Shown: positions 6,670-15,436 of the stretch, in pieces | Layout: each line of letters opens with the position of its first letter | Numbering within the stretch: the stretch's first letter is position 1 | Assembly (NCBI GenBank): GCA_000503915.1 | Contig: CP006915.1 | Coordinates: 540,001-572,000 of the forward strand | Direction: 5' to 3' | Length of the DNA stretch: 32,000 nucleotides | Source: Candidatus Saccharimonadota bacterium | GTDB taxonomy: Bacteria; Patescibacteriota; Saccharimonadia; Saccharimonadales; Saccharimonadaceae | Notes under the pieces: model-generated | The model's database searches: none | Seen by the model: only the letters and a program-made list of their open reading frames with translations | What the model was told of the DNA's origin: nothing | Translations under genes and position numbers: made by a program

Positions 6670-8190
6670 ATGAAGCAAGCATTAGCACTCGAGATAATGC
6701 TGGCAGGGGAGAACGTGTTTTTGACCGGTCCGGCTGGGTCGGGGAAGACGTTTGTCCTCAACCAGTTTATTCGTCTCGCCAAACATGAGGGAAAGCACGT
6801 TTCGGTAACGGCAACGACGGGCTTGGCGGCGTCACACCTAGGTGGCTCGACAATTCATAGCTGGAGCGGCATTGGCGTTAGCGATGAGCTGCCCGGACAT
6901 TTCTTAGATGGTCTATCAAAAGGACGACGGGAAATCATTGAAAAAACCGATATTTTAATCATCGACGAGGTTTCGATGCTACATGATTATCGACTTGATA
7001 TGGTTGATGAAGCCTGCCGGCTGATACGAAAACGAGTTGACGAACCCTTTGGTGGCATCCAGGTGATTATGAGTGGGGACTTTTTTCAATTGCCACCAGT
7101 TAACCGACGAGATAGCTTGCAGGGTGGCTTCGTAGTGAATAGTCAAGCTTGGCGAGAACTTGATCCGGTGATCTGTTACCTTGGCGAACAACATCGTCAT
7201 GAGGATGAGCAATTGCGAGAGATTCTCGAGGCAATGCGCGACCAAGACCTACGTCGAACCCATGCCGAAGCGTTGCTCGCGCGAACTGAGCACATGCCGC
7301 CAAAGGGTGCTGTTTTTACCGAGCTTCACACCACCAATGTTGATGTTGACACGGAAAATCAGCGTCGGCTCGAACAGTTAGCTGGCGACGAAGTAATCTA
7401 CGAGCAGACCACGACGGGAAGTGGCAATTATGTGGAGTCACTGCAACGAAGCGTGCTTGCGCCAGCGCAGTTGCGACTTAAGCTAGGAGCTCTGGTGATG
7501 GCTGTCAAAAACAGTCAAGATAAGAAGTATTTCAACGGTAGTCTCGGTACGGTAGTTGATTTTGATCAAGTGACTGATTATCCGATTGTCGAATTCTTAA
7601 GCGGCAAGGAAGTGATGATTCAGCCGGATACCTGGGAACTGCGCGATGGCGACAAAAAACGCGCCAGTATTACGCAGATTCCACTACGACTCGCCTGGGC
7701 GATAACGGTACACAAGAGTCAAGGAATGACACTCGATGCGGCACTGATCGACCTACGAAAAGCTTTTGTGCCGGGTATGGGATACGTAGCGCTGAGCCGA
7801 GTAAAAAATTTGAACAACTTGTATCTAAAAGGTATCAACCGCATGGCGCTACAGATGAGTGAAGAAGCACATGCGATCGACTATAGCTTGAGGGAAAGAT
7901 CGGCTACCGCTACCAAACGGTTCGCTCACCTTGAAGCAAATGCCGAGCGACGAACTCTGGAACCGATTAAGAAAAAACAGGCAGGATCAAACTGGCAAGA
8001 AAAGATTGAGAAAATGCGCGAAATTCACCCCAATGCGTACCGACCGTGGACGAAGCAGCAAGACGCATTGCTTAAGCAAGAATTCCAAAATGGACGCGAT
8101 CTTGGTGAGCTGTCGCAACTACTAGGGCGACATGAGGGTTCGATCAGGATGCGCCTCCAGAAACACTTTGGCGAAGACATGGTCGTATAG
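6670..8190 (+). CDS. Pif1/RecD-family (SF1B) DNA helicase with C-terminal helical/HTH-like tail
   Basis: Walker A GPAGSGKT, Walker B IIDEVSM, GDFFQLPPV, and late motif AITVHKSQGMT. Confidence 0.85.
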   Translation: MKQALALEIMLAGENVFLTGPAGSGKTFVLNQFIRLAKHEGKHVSVTATTGLAASHLGGSTIHSWSGIGVSDELPGHFLDGLSKGRREIIEKTDILIIDEVSMLHDYRLDMVDEACRLIRKRVDEPFGGIQVIMSGDFFQLPPVNRRDSLQGGFVVNSQAWRELDPVICYLGEQHRHEDEQLREILEAMRDQDLRRTHAEALLARTEHMPPKGAVFTELHTTNVDVDTENQRRLEQLAGDEVIYEQTTTGSGNYVESLQRSVLAPAQLRLKLGALVMAVKNSQDKKYFNGSLGTVVDFDQVTDYPIVEFLSGKEVMIQPDTWELRDGDKKRASITQIPLRLAWAITVHKSQGMTLDAALIDLRKAFVPGMGYVALSRVKNLNNLYLKGINRMALQMSEEAHAIDYSLRERSATATKRFAHLEANAERRTLEPIKKKQAGSNWQEKIEKMREIHPNAYRPWTKQQDALLKQEFQNGRDLGELSQLLGRHEGSIRMRLQKHFGEDMVV

Positions 8191-8202
8191 AGTTGGTACG
8201 GG

Positions 8203-8208
8203 TATAAT
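8203..8208 (+). promoter_or_regulatory. -10 TATAAT, leaderless layout for the GH1 gene
   Basis: TATAAT at 8203-8208, 8 nt before ATG 8217, no SD. Confidence 0.45.
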
Positions 8209-8216
8209 AGATATAT

Positions 8217-9479
8217 ATGGCGGAGTCAAAAATCCGGTTTCCTAAAAATTTTTTATGGGGTGCATCGACTGCTGCGCATCAAGTTGAGGGCGGCAACCAC
8301 AATCAATGGAGCATCTGGGAGCTGGAGCATGCCCGGGCGTGGGCGATGCAGAGCGAATATCAGCTTGGTGAACTTGAGAAGTGGCCTCTGATCAAACAAG
8401 ACGCCAAGGATCCAAATAACTACGTATCCGGCCGCGCGATAGACCACTACCATCGGTACGAGTCGGATTTTGACCTGCTCGAAGAGCTCAACATGAATGC
8501 CTTTCGCTTTAGTATCGAGTGGTCTCGAGTGGAGCCAACCGAAGGCGCATGGAATATCGAAGCGATCGAACACTATAAACGATATGTGCGCAGCCTAAAG
8601 GAGCGCAAGATCGAGCCAGTACTGACATTGTTTCACTTTACTTTGCCGGTATGGTTCGCCGAAAAAGGTGGCTTTGAGTATCGGCGGAACGTGAAATATT
8701 TTGTTCGCTTTGTTGAGAAAGTATTAACAGAACTCGGAAACGATATTCGACTTATCATCACAATCAATGAGCCGGAAGTGTATGCTAGCCAAAGTTACTA
8801 TCAAGGACATTGGCCACCAGCTCGGCAGAGCAAGCGCCTGACTCATCGAGTGTTAAAAAACCTGGCCTATGCGCATAACCAGACGGCACGGATGACGCAT
8901 AAGCTGCACCCCAGGTACAAGCTGTCGATTGCCAAGAATTCGAGCTATACCTATGCCGGTGATAATGCCTTGCTGAGTCGCAAAACAGCCGACGCTATGC
9001 AGTATTTTAGTGATGATTATTTTTTGAAAAAGGTTATCGACCAGTGTGACTTTCTCGGGGTAAACTATTATTTCAGCAACCGTGTATACGGCTATCGGGT
9101 ACATAATCCCGAAGAACATGTAAGCGACATGGGGTGGGATATGCAACCGGCTAACTTGGAATTTGTTGTGGAACGCCTCTGGGAAAAGTACAAAAAACCG
9201 ATTATCATTACCGAGAATGGATTGGCTGATGCGGATGACGAGCTGCGAAAATGGTGGCTACAGCATACGTTGCTCGCTCTGCAGCGAGCTCTGCAAAGCG
9301 GAGTCAGAATACAAGGCTACTTGCACTGGAGTTTACTCGACAATGTAGAATGGGCGTATGGCCGCTGGCCGCGGTTTGGTCTCGCCGAAGTTGACTATAT
9401 AAGCATGAAACGGACGCTACGTCCCAGCGCGCACTGGTTCGGTCAGATGATAGCAAAATTACGAAAGGGGAGCCAGTAA
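8217..9479 (+). CDS. glycoside hydrolase family 1 (beta-glucosidase-like)
   Basis: FLWGASTAAHQVEG N-terminus, acid/base TINEP and nucleophile ITENG motifs. Confidence 0.9.
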   Translation: MAESKIRFPKNFLWGASTAAHQVEGGNHNQWSIWELEHARAWAMQSEYQLGELEKWPLIKQDAKDPNNYVSGRAIDHYHRYESDFDLLEELNMNAFRFSIEWSRVEPTEGAWNIEAIEHYKRYVRSLKERKIEPVLTLFHFTLPVWFAEKGGFEYRRNVKYFVRFVEKVLTELGNDIRLIITINEPEVYASQSYYQGHWPPARQSKRLTHRVLKNLAYAHNQTARMTHKLHPRYKLSIAKNSSYTYAGDNALLSRKTADAMQYFSDDYFLKKVIDQCDFLGVNYYFSNRVYGYRVHNPEEHVSDMGWDMQPANLEFVVERLWEKYKKPIIITENGLADADDELRKWWLQHTLLALQRALQSGVRIQGYLHWSLLDNVEWAYGRWPRFGLAEVDYISMKRTLRPSAHWFGQMIAKLRKGSQ

Positions 9480-10474
9480 TGGACAAAGTCGGCATCAAGA
9501 TCGCAGTCATCGGCGGCGGAACAGGGAGCTTTACATTGCTCACGCAACTCAAGCACTACACGCATCACCTTACGGCACTCGTAAATATGGCGGACGATGG
9601 TGGTTCAACCGGTCAGCTGCGCGACGAATTTGGCGTATTGCCGCCTGGCGATGTCCGTCAGTGTTTGGTGGCGCTCAGTGAATCACCGCGCGTCCGTGAC
9701 TTGTTTAATTATCGTTTTGATAGCGGTAGCATGGAAGGCCATGCTTTTGGCAACCTCTTCCTAACGGCGCTAGAAAAGATGACGGGCAGTTTTGCCGAAG
9801 CGGTCGAAACAGCTTCTGAGGTTCTCAACATTACCGGCAGCGTACACCCGGTGACGCTCGATAAGGTAACCCTAGTATTGCACCTCAAGGAAGGCAAAAC
9901 GATTGAGGGAGAATTTGCTATCGCGCATGTCAACTTTGCTGGCGATACCCACCCAGAGCTCGAATTGCGGCCTCATGCCACGCTCAATCCGGCGGCGCGT
10001 GCAGCAATTCTTGATGCTGACATGGTGGTGATCGCGCCAGGTAATATCTACGGTTCACTTGCTCCGGCCTTGATCGTGTCTGGTATGAGTGAAGCACTAC
10101 AGCAAGCCAAGGGAAAAAAGGTCTATGTCTGCAACCTCGTTACCAAACCGGGGCAGACTGACAACTTTCAAGTACATGACTTTGCTGGTGAAATTGAACG
10201 CTTTGGAGGATTTAAGCTTGATTATGTTCTCTACAACAATGCGAAACCATCGGAATATCTACTCAAGCGCTACGCGGAAGAGAATGAATACTGGGTTGGC
10301 TATGACGAAGCACTCCTTGCTCGACAGTCCTATGAGACGATTGGTGGTCATTTCGTGTCGAATACACGGCAGAAACAACCACCTAAAGGCGATTCCATCG
10401 CCGCGACGCGTACCCTGATTCGGCACGATGCCGATGCCGTTGCTCGCCAACTGATGAGGATTTACCTTGGCTAA
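9479..10474 (+). CDS. yvcK: YvcK / CofD-like family protein (gluconeogenesis factor family, UPF0052)
   Basis: The ATG overlaps the GH1 stop (TAATG). IAVIGGGTGSFTLL...VNMADDGGSTGQLRDEFGVLPPGDVRQCLVALS is the family signature. Confidence 0.8.
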   Translation: MDKVGIKIAVIGGGTGSFTLLTQLKHYTHHLTALVNMADDGGSTGQLRDEFGVLPPGDVRQCLVALSESPRVRDLFNYRFDSGSMEGHAFGNLFLTALEKMTGSFAEAVETASEVLNITGSVHPVTLDKVTLVLHLKEGKTIEGEFAIAHVNFAGDTHPELELRPHATLNPAARAAILDADMVVIAPGNIYGSLAPALIVSGMSEALQQAKGKKVYVCNLVTKPGQTDNFQVHDFAGEIERFGGFKLDYVLYNNAKPSEYLLKRYAEENEYWVGYDEALLARQSYETIGGHFVSNTRQKQPPKGDSIAATRTLIRHDADAVARQLMRIYLG

Positions 10475-11051
10475 GCCACTGCTCCTCATCGACTTTGACC
10501 GTACGCTGTTTGATACGGCGGCCTTTGTCGATGAGCTCTGGGAATATCTGGCTCGAAGCTATCATATCGCTATCCCCGAGGAGCAAGCTCGTGTCACACA
10601 GTTCTATCAATATATCGGCGAGCAATACGACTATTATTTCTTCGACCATATGGCATCAATCAGTGGCGTACCACCAGCCGAGGTACTTGTCCATGAGGTG
10701 AAGGAAGCGTTTAGAGACAAGAATTTCCTCTTTAGTGATGTCAATGCTATTTTGCCCGCTGTCGACGCGATCCTTACCATCGGCAACCAGCCGTACCAGG
10801 AGTTCAAGCTGTCACTTTGCCCGTTACTTGCTACCATTCCCCATCACATTGTGCAAGCCACCAAAGGCTTATATATAACTCAGACATTCGGCCTCCAGCC
10901 GACAGTACTCATCGATGATAAACAGCAGCAGAACTTACCGGCGTCTACAACCTTCATTCATCTCGACCGTTCACAATCGGAGCCTGTCATCCGTAAAGAG
11001 GGAAAGATAAGCATTGCATCGCTGCAGTATTACCAGCAAGCACTTGCATAA
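10467..11051 (+). CDS. HAD-superfamily hydrolase-like protein
   Basis: TTG start overlapping the yvcK end by 8 nt. N-terminal LLLIDFDRTLFDT contains HAD motif I (DxDxT). The rest is weakly diagnostic. Confidence 0.55.
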   Translation: MAKPLLLIDFDRTLFDTAAFVDELWEYLARSYHIAIPEEQARVTQFYQYIGEQYDYYFFDHMASISGVPPAEVLVHEVKEAFRDKNFLFSDVNAILPAVDAILTIGNQPYQEFKLSLCPLLATIPHHIVQATKGLYITQTFGLQPTVLIDDKQQQNLPASTTFIHLDRSQSEPVIRKEGKISIASLQYYQQALA

Positions 11052-11082
11052 GCGCGATGTAATATGGTAGTGTCGAGGTAGT

Positions 11083-11289
11083 ATGAAAAAATCACAGAAA
11101 ACTTCACGTACAAGCCAGGCAAGGGCGTCAAAGGGGATGATGGCTTGGGTGCAGACGGAGCGTGACTTCAAGGACGCGCTTCTGATCGTCTCACTCACGA
11201 TCAATCTCTTTATCCTCTGCCTGTGGGCGGCATTGCAGGTTACCACAAATTACGACGATGCTTTGGTCAGCTTCTTTTTTAACCGCTAG
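11083..11289 (+). CDS. small basic protein with one TM helix
   Basis: 68-aa ORF with a GAGG SD-like element. A hydrophobic stretch (LLIVSLTINLFILCLWAAL) is followed directly by a strong terminator. Confidence 0.5.
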   Translation: MKKSQKTSRTSQARASKGMMAWVQTERDFKDALLIVSLTINLFILCLWAALQVTTNYDDALVSFFFNR

Positions 11290-11308
11290 GAAATAAAGTC
11301 TACAACAG

Positions 11309-11342
11309 AAAAACCGCTTCCGATTTAGGGAGCGGTTTTTCT
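11309..11342 (+). terminator. rho-independent terminator
   Basis: AAACCGCTTCC gattta GGGAGCGGTTT is an 11-bp stem with one G-U pair, followed by a T run. Confidence 0.75.
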
Positions 11343-11358
11343 CTGTTAAGCATGAGGA

Positions 11359-11380
11359 TTATCCACAGATGTGTGGATAA
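11359..11380. promoter_or_regulatory. inverted pair of perfect consensus DnaA boxes
   Basis: TTATCCACA gatg TGTGGATAA. Both 9-mers equal the E. coli-type DnaA box consensus, arranged as a perfect palindrome. Confidence 0.6.
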
Positions 11381-11416
11381 GTAATGCGGGCTGACTACGT
11401 TTTATAAAAAATATGC

Positions 11417-11468
11417 TTGCAAGTGGGTAATAGTGGGTAGTATAGTAAGGTCAGTGGAAAAAAGTGGG
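11417..11468 (+). promoter_or_regulatory. dcw/mraZ promoter overlapped by AGTGG(G/A) direct repeats (MraZ operator-like)
   Basis: TTGCAA (11417-11422), 18 nt, TATAGT (11441-11446). AGTGGG at 11422 and 11432, AGTGGA at 11453, AGTGGG at 11463, giving spacings of 10, 21 and 10 nt. Confidence 0.6.
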
Positions 11469-11567
11469 TAACCACCCATCAAAAAACAAACAACCACTGC
11501 ACCAACAAAAATAATCAACACGCTAAGCGCTCAATAGGGAGCAGCGAAAAGGAAACGACGCGCGGCA

Positions 11568-11921
11568 ATGGATTATTTCGAGCGAAAACTTGACGACAAG
11601 CGTCGGTTAACAATACCGACGGAGCTTCGAAATGAATTTGCCAGTGGCGTTGTACTGACACGTGGCTTTGGTCACTACCTACACCTCTACCCGAAAGCGG
11701 TATGGGAGCAGGAAGTAGAACCGGCTCTGAAGGGGAGTATCCTCGATGAGACGGTGGCTGATTTGAACGTTAGGTTCCGTTACGGTAAGACCGAGGCCGA
11801 ACTTGACGAGAAGCAGGGCAGAGTCACCCTCGAGCAGCATCTGCTCGAGTACGCTGGCATCACTAGAAGCGTTTCCGCTATCCGAGCCGGTGCCTACTGG
11901 CGCCTAGAGACAAGCGACTAG
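11568..11921 (+). CDS. mraZ: transcriptional regulator MraZ (short form)
   Basis: Two DxxxR-type motifs (KLDDKRRLTIPTELR and LDEKQGRVTLEQHLLEYAGI), and the first-gene position in a dcw cluster. Confidence 0.85.
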   Translation: MDYFERKLDDKRRLTIPTELRNEFASGVVLTRGFGHYLHLYPKAVWEQEVEPALKGSILDETVADLNVRFRYGKTEAELDEKQGRVTLEQHLLEYAGITRSVSAIRAGAYWRLETSD

Positions 11922-12222
11922 CTGAGATTATTTCCCTAAAATCGGTACCTTAACAATCTGATAAAAGATACCTCGAGATTACCAATCTGATAGTGTGGGC
12001 AGTGGAAAGAGCGGACACATAAAACAACGCTTTGAACCTTCCTCCATAACACACACCTCCCAAAACTCCACCTCACACATAAGTCTCTCAACCCGTATCA
12101 TTAGGCGAGTATGAGCTACACTGTAACTCTTCGCCGCTAGAAAGAAACGGGCAACTTATCACAAAAACAAACACAATGCGAAAACAAACAGCCTACGCTA
12201 TCAGTTTGGTGATCTCGAAAGC

Positions 12223-12231
12223 TGCTACAAT
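12223..12231 (+). promoter_or_regulatory. extended -10 (TGcTACAAT) just upstream of rsmH
   Basis: TACAAT at 12226-12231, 12 nt before ATG 12244, at the end of a 322-bp mraZ-rsmH spacer. Confidence 0.45.
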
Positions 12232-12243
12232 AGTAGTCAGCTT

Positions 12244-13161
12244 ATGAGTATTAAAGAACATCCACCACAAGATGAGACGAATACCACGCCTCACTTACAT
12301 GTTCCGGTCTTGCTACAGCAGACGCTTCAAGCGTTTGACCCGCAGCCCGATGAGAGCTATTTAGACCTCACGGCTGGCTATGCGGGTCACGCGTCGGCGA
12401 TTCTGGAGCGGACTAAAAACTATAGCAATACGGTGCTCGTTGATCGTGATAGTAACGCGATTGACAGCCTACAGTCGTTTGCCAACCAAGGAGTGCGTCT
12501 GCTGCACACCGATTTCGTCAGCGCCGCCAGGCAACTCGGCGAAGAAGGTAAGCAGTTCGATATCATCTTAGTGGACCTAGGGGTGTCATCACCGCAGCTC
12601 GATAGGGCTGAGCGAGGTTTTTCTTTTACAAATAGTGGTCCCCTCGACATGCGGATGGACGATCGGATGGTTAAAACGGCCGAATTGGTCGTCAATACCT
12701 ACTCCGAACGAAATCTCATCCGGATCATCGTCGAATACGGGGAGGAAGCTCACGGTTTTGCCCGACGCATTGCGAAAGCGATTGTTCAGGCCAGACCGTT
12801 CCACACAACAAAAGAACTAGCCGACCTCATCCTCAAACAGCACCGTGGCTCGTGGCAGAAAATCCATCCGGCTACGCGCACCTTTCAAGCACTCCGCATC
12901 GAAGTCAACGACGAACTGTCACAGGTTCGGGAACTGATGCCGCTCATCCCGCAGCTTCTTACCAAAGGAGGCAGGGTAGGGATCATCAGCTTCCACAGCC
13001 TGGAAGACCGCATCGTTAAACAGTACTTCAAACAAGAAGCCGGGGCTGGCTATGAATCAAGCCTCGATATTGTGACAAGAAAGCCAGTAAGCGGAGCCAC
13101 CGACGACGTTCACAACCCGCGCGCGCGTAGTGCCAAACTCCGCGTCGCCGTGAAAAAATAA
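12244..13161 (+). CDS. rsmH: 16S rRNA (cytosine1402-N4)-methyltransferase RsmH
   Basis: HVPVLL start region, DLTAGYAGHA, DLGVSSPQLD, RGFSF, GPLDMRMD, SFHSLEDRIVK. Confidence 0.95.
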   Translation: MSIKEHPPQDETNTTPHLHVPVLLQQTLQAFDPQPDESYLDLTAGYAGHASAILERTKNYSNTVLVDRDSNAIDSLQSFANQGVRLLHTDFVSAARQLGEEGKQFDIILVDLGVSSPQLDRAERGFSFTNSGPLDMRMDDRMVKTAELVVNTYSERNLIRIIVEYGEEAHGFARRIAKAIVQARPFHTTKELADLILKQHRGSWQKIHPATRTFQALRIEVNDELSQVRELMPLIPQLLTKGGRVGIISFHSLEDRIVKQYFKQEAGAGYESSLDIVTRKPVSGATDDVHNPRARSAKLRVAVKK

Positions 13162-13268
13162 AAACAAAAAGGAAGGGGCAAAAAACAATGCCAATCCACA
13201 TTCCAGTACAAAACCAATCGGTCGAAACGAAAGTTATCGTACGGTTCAAGTAGGGCACCTACTGCATG

Positions 13269-13292
13269 GGCGCTCCCGCTAAAGGGAGCGCC
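13269..13292 (+). other. GC-rich hairpin in the rsmH-ftsL spacer (no U tract)
   Basis: GGCGCTCCC gctaaa GGGAGCGCC is a 9-bp perfect stem. It resembles the terminator hairpin at 11311-11338 in sequence. Confidence 0.6.
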
Positions 13293-13341
13293 ACTAAAAC
13301 GAAATCCAAAAGAAAAATAAATATAAACACCAAACCAACCC

Positions 13342-13689
13342 ATGTCATATTATCAATCCACCACCTATAATCGTCGCCATCAGAGCTGGAGTCGCAACCA
13401 GAATACTACACGGTTTGCTTCGAGTATCAAACTTGGCCCAGTGACCCATACGGTGCTTGTCGCACTTATGATCACTGTACTGGGCTTGATCTATTTGACC
13501 CAGGCGACCAAAGCAACCAGCTACGACTACGAAGCGCAAAAAATTGACAGCAAGATTAGTCAGCTTACGACTGAGAAGACTGATCTTGAAGTCGAAAATG
13601 CACGGCTTACCGCTCTCAGTACGGTACGTAGTAGCGATGTTGCCAAGGCTATGACTAAGCCGACCAGTACCGAATACGTCAACAACTAA
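13342..13689 (+). CDS. ftsL: FtsL-like bitopic cell-division protein
   Basis: Position between rsmH and ftsI. One TM helix (VLVALMITVLGLIYL) followed by a coiled-coil-like segment (KISQLTTEKTDLEVENARL). No strong sequence signature. Confidence 0.5.
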   Translation: MSYYQSTTYNRRHQSWSRNQNTTRFASSIKLGPVTHTVLVALMITVLGLIYLTQATKATSYDYEAQKIDSKISQLTTEKTDLEVENARLTALSTVRSSDVAKAMTKPTSTEYVNN

Positions 13690-13693
13690 TCTT

Positions 13694-15433
13694 ATGTTTA
13701 GCCAGTTTCGCACCCATCCCAGGCTCCGACTGCTTGCCATCATAACCGCCCTGTTTATGATGGTTTTTGTCGTACGGCTCTTTTATTTGCAGGTGATCGA
13801 ACACGACAAGTACGTTGCACTAGCGCGTCAGGAGCAGGTAAAGCGGTTGGTGATACCGGCAAAACGCGGTGAAATCTATATGATGGACGACGGGCGGCCG
13901 GTTAAAGTAGTGTTGAACCAGACCGTCTATACGATGTTTGCCGACCCGAGTATTATGACTGATAAAAAGCAAGTAATTAAAGCGGCTCGTGATGTAGCTG
14001 GTGGTAACGTTGTCGACGGGTACAAGTCGCTACTCGATAACAAAGAGTTACGCTATGTTGTGATTGCCAAAGGGCTGTCGCTCAAGCAGGCCGAACTTGT
14101 AAAGAAGCGAAGCCTGAATGGCGTCGGTTTCCAGGCGGAAACGGAACGCGTCTATCCGGAAAATACCTTGGCAGCCCAGACGTTTGGTTTTGTTAATGCG
14201 TCTGACAAAGGGCAGTACGGGATAGAAGAAAAGTTCAATAAAGAGCTCGAGGGCAAAGACGGGCTTTTGCAATCTATTACTGATGTGAGCAACGTGCCGT
14301 TGACGATTGGCGATCAGAATATCGATATCCCAGCAAAAAACGGCCGCGATATCGTCTTGACGCTTGACCGAAACATTCAAGCAATCACCGAAGAAGCACT
14401 CGCGGCTGGGTTAAAACGTACCGGAGCCACAAACGGCAGTGCCATCGTGATGGATCCGCAGACCGGTAAGGTTTTGGCGACGGCGAGTCTGCCAACGTAC
14501 AACCCGGGCAAGTATTACCGTGTGACCAACGCCGAGGCGTTTAATAATGGATCGATCAGCACACCATATGAGCCCGGCTCGGTCATGAAAACTTTTACCT
14601 TAGCGACCGGAATCGATAAGGGAGCCATTGAACCAAACTCAACTTACAACAATACCGACTATATCACCGTCAGTGATCGTACGATCGAGAACTTGACAAA
14701 AGGGCAGACCGGCAAGATTACTTTTCAGCATGCCTTCACTTGGTCGCTCAATACGGGGATGGTAACCGTTGCCCAACGGCTTGGTGATGGCAAGAGTATC
14801 AACTACACGGCGCGTACGGCACTGTACCAGTATTTCCATGATAAGTTCCACCTAGGTGAAAATACCGGTATTGAGGTAAGCGGCGAAAACTCTGGCGAGA
14901 TTATTCCGCCAACCGATGCCCAGGGTAATGCCGTTCGTTATTCAAACATGACATTTGGTCAAGGCATGAACTTGACAATGCTACAGGTTGCGGCCGGTTT
15001 TTCGGCCGTCGTCAACGGCGGGACGTACTACAAGCCAACAATTATTGGCGGCAGTATCGATAGCGACGGTCAACTGGTGGACGCGACACAAAAAAAGGTG
15101 GTCGATCAAGCGATTAAACCATCAACATCACGTAAGATGCAGAGTATGCTCGTTAAAGCCCGACAAGCGTTCTACGCCTACGACGATTTACCCGGGTATA
15201 CGATCGGTGGAAAGACCGGAACCTCACAGACGTTGGTTGATGGCTCGTATGACAACAACCAAACGATTGCCTCGTACCTTGGCTATGGTGGTGATAATAA
15301 GGCGCGGTATGTCATAATGGTACAGGTGTCAGCCAAGGGGAAGGCATTTGATGGCGGTAAAGACGCAATGCCGATATTTACCGATATATCAAACTGGATG
15401 ATCAATTATTTAAAGCTACAACCGAAAGGCTAA
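13694..15433 (+). CDS. ftsI: class B penicillin-binding protein (FtsI/PBP2-type transpeptidase)
   Basis: N-terminal TM helix, then SVMK (SxxK), SLN (SxN) and KTGT motifs in order. Confidence 0.9.
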   Translation: MFSQFRTHPRLRLLAIITALFMMVFVVRLFYLQVIEHDKYVALARQEQVKRLVIPAKRGEIYMMDDGRPVKVVLNQTVYTMFADPSIMTDKKQVIKAARDVAGGNVVDGYKSLLDNKELRYVVIAKGLSLKQAELVKKRSLNGVGFQAETERVYPENTLAAQTFGFVNASDKGQYGIEEKFNKELEGKDGLLQSITDVSNVPLTIGDQNIDIPAKNGRDIVLTLDRNIQAITEEALAAGLKRTGATNGSAIVMDPQTGKVLATASLPTYNPGKYYRVTNAEAFNNGSISTPYEPGSVMKTFTLATGIDKGAIEPNSTYNNTDYITVSDRTIENLTKGQTGKITFQHAFTWSLNTGMVTVAQRLGDGKSINYTARTALYQYFHDKFHLGENTGIEVSGENSGEIIPPTDAQGNAVRYSNMTFGQGMNLTMLQVAAGFSAVVNGGTYYKPTIIGGSIDSDGQLVDATQKKVVDQAIKPSTSRKMQSMLVKARQAFYAYDDLPGYTIGGKTGTSQTLVDGSYDNNQTIASYLGYGGDNKARYVIMVQVSAKGKAFDGGKDAMPIFTDISNWMINYLKLQPKG

Positions 15434-15436
15434 GAC

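Noticed and set aside
6630-6782. N-terminal extension of the second pilin ORF (track start 6782)
   Set aside because: The extension overlaps the helicase start on the other strand and has no pilin-like sequence. The class III signal peptide and a -10 element support the internal ATG at 6629.
13345-13743. 132-aa minus-strand ORF opposite the ftsL-like gene
   Set aside because: It is antisense within a co-directional dcw operon. The plus-strand ORF has the expected TM plus coiled-coil architecture and position.
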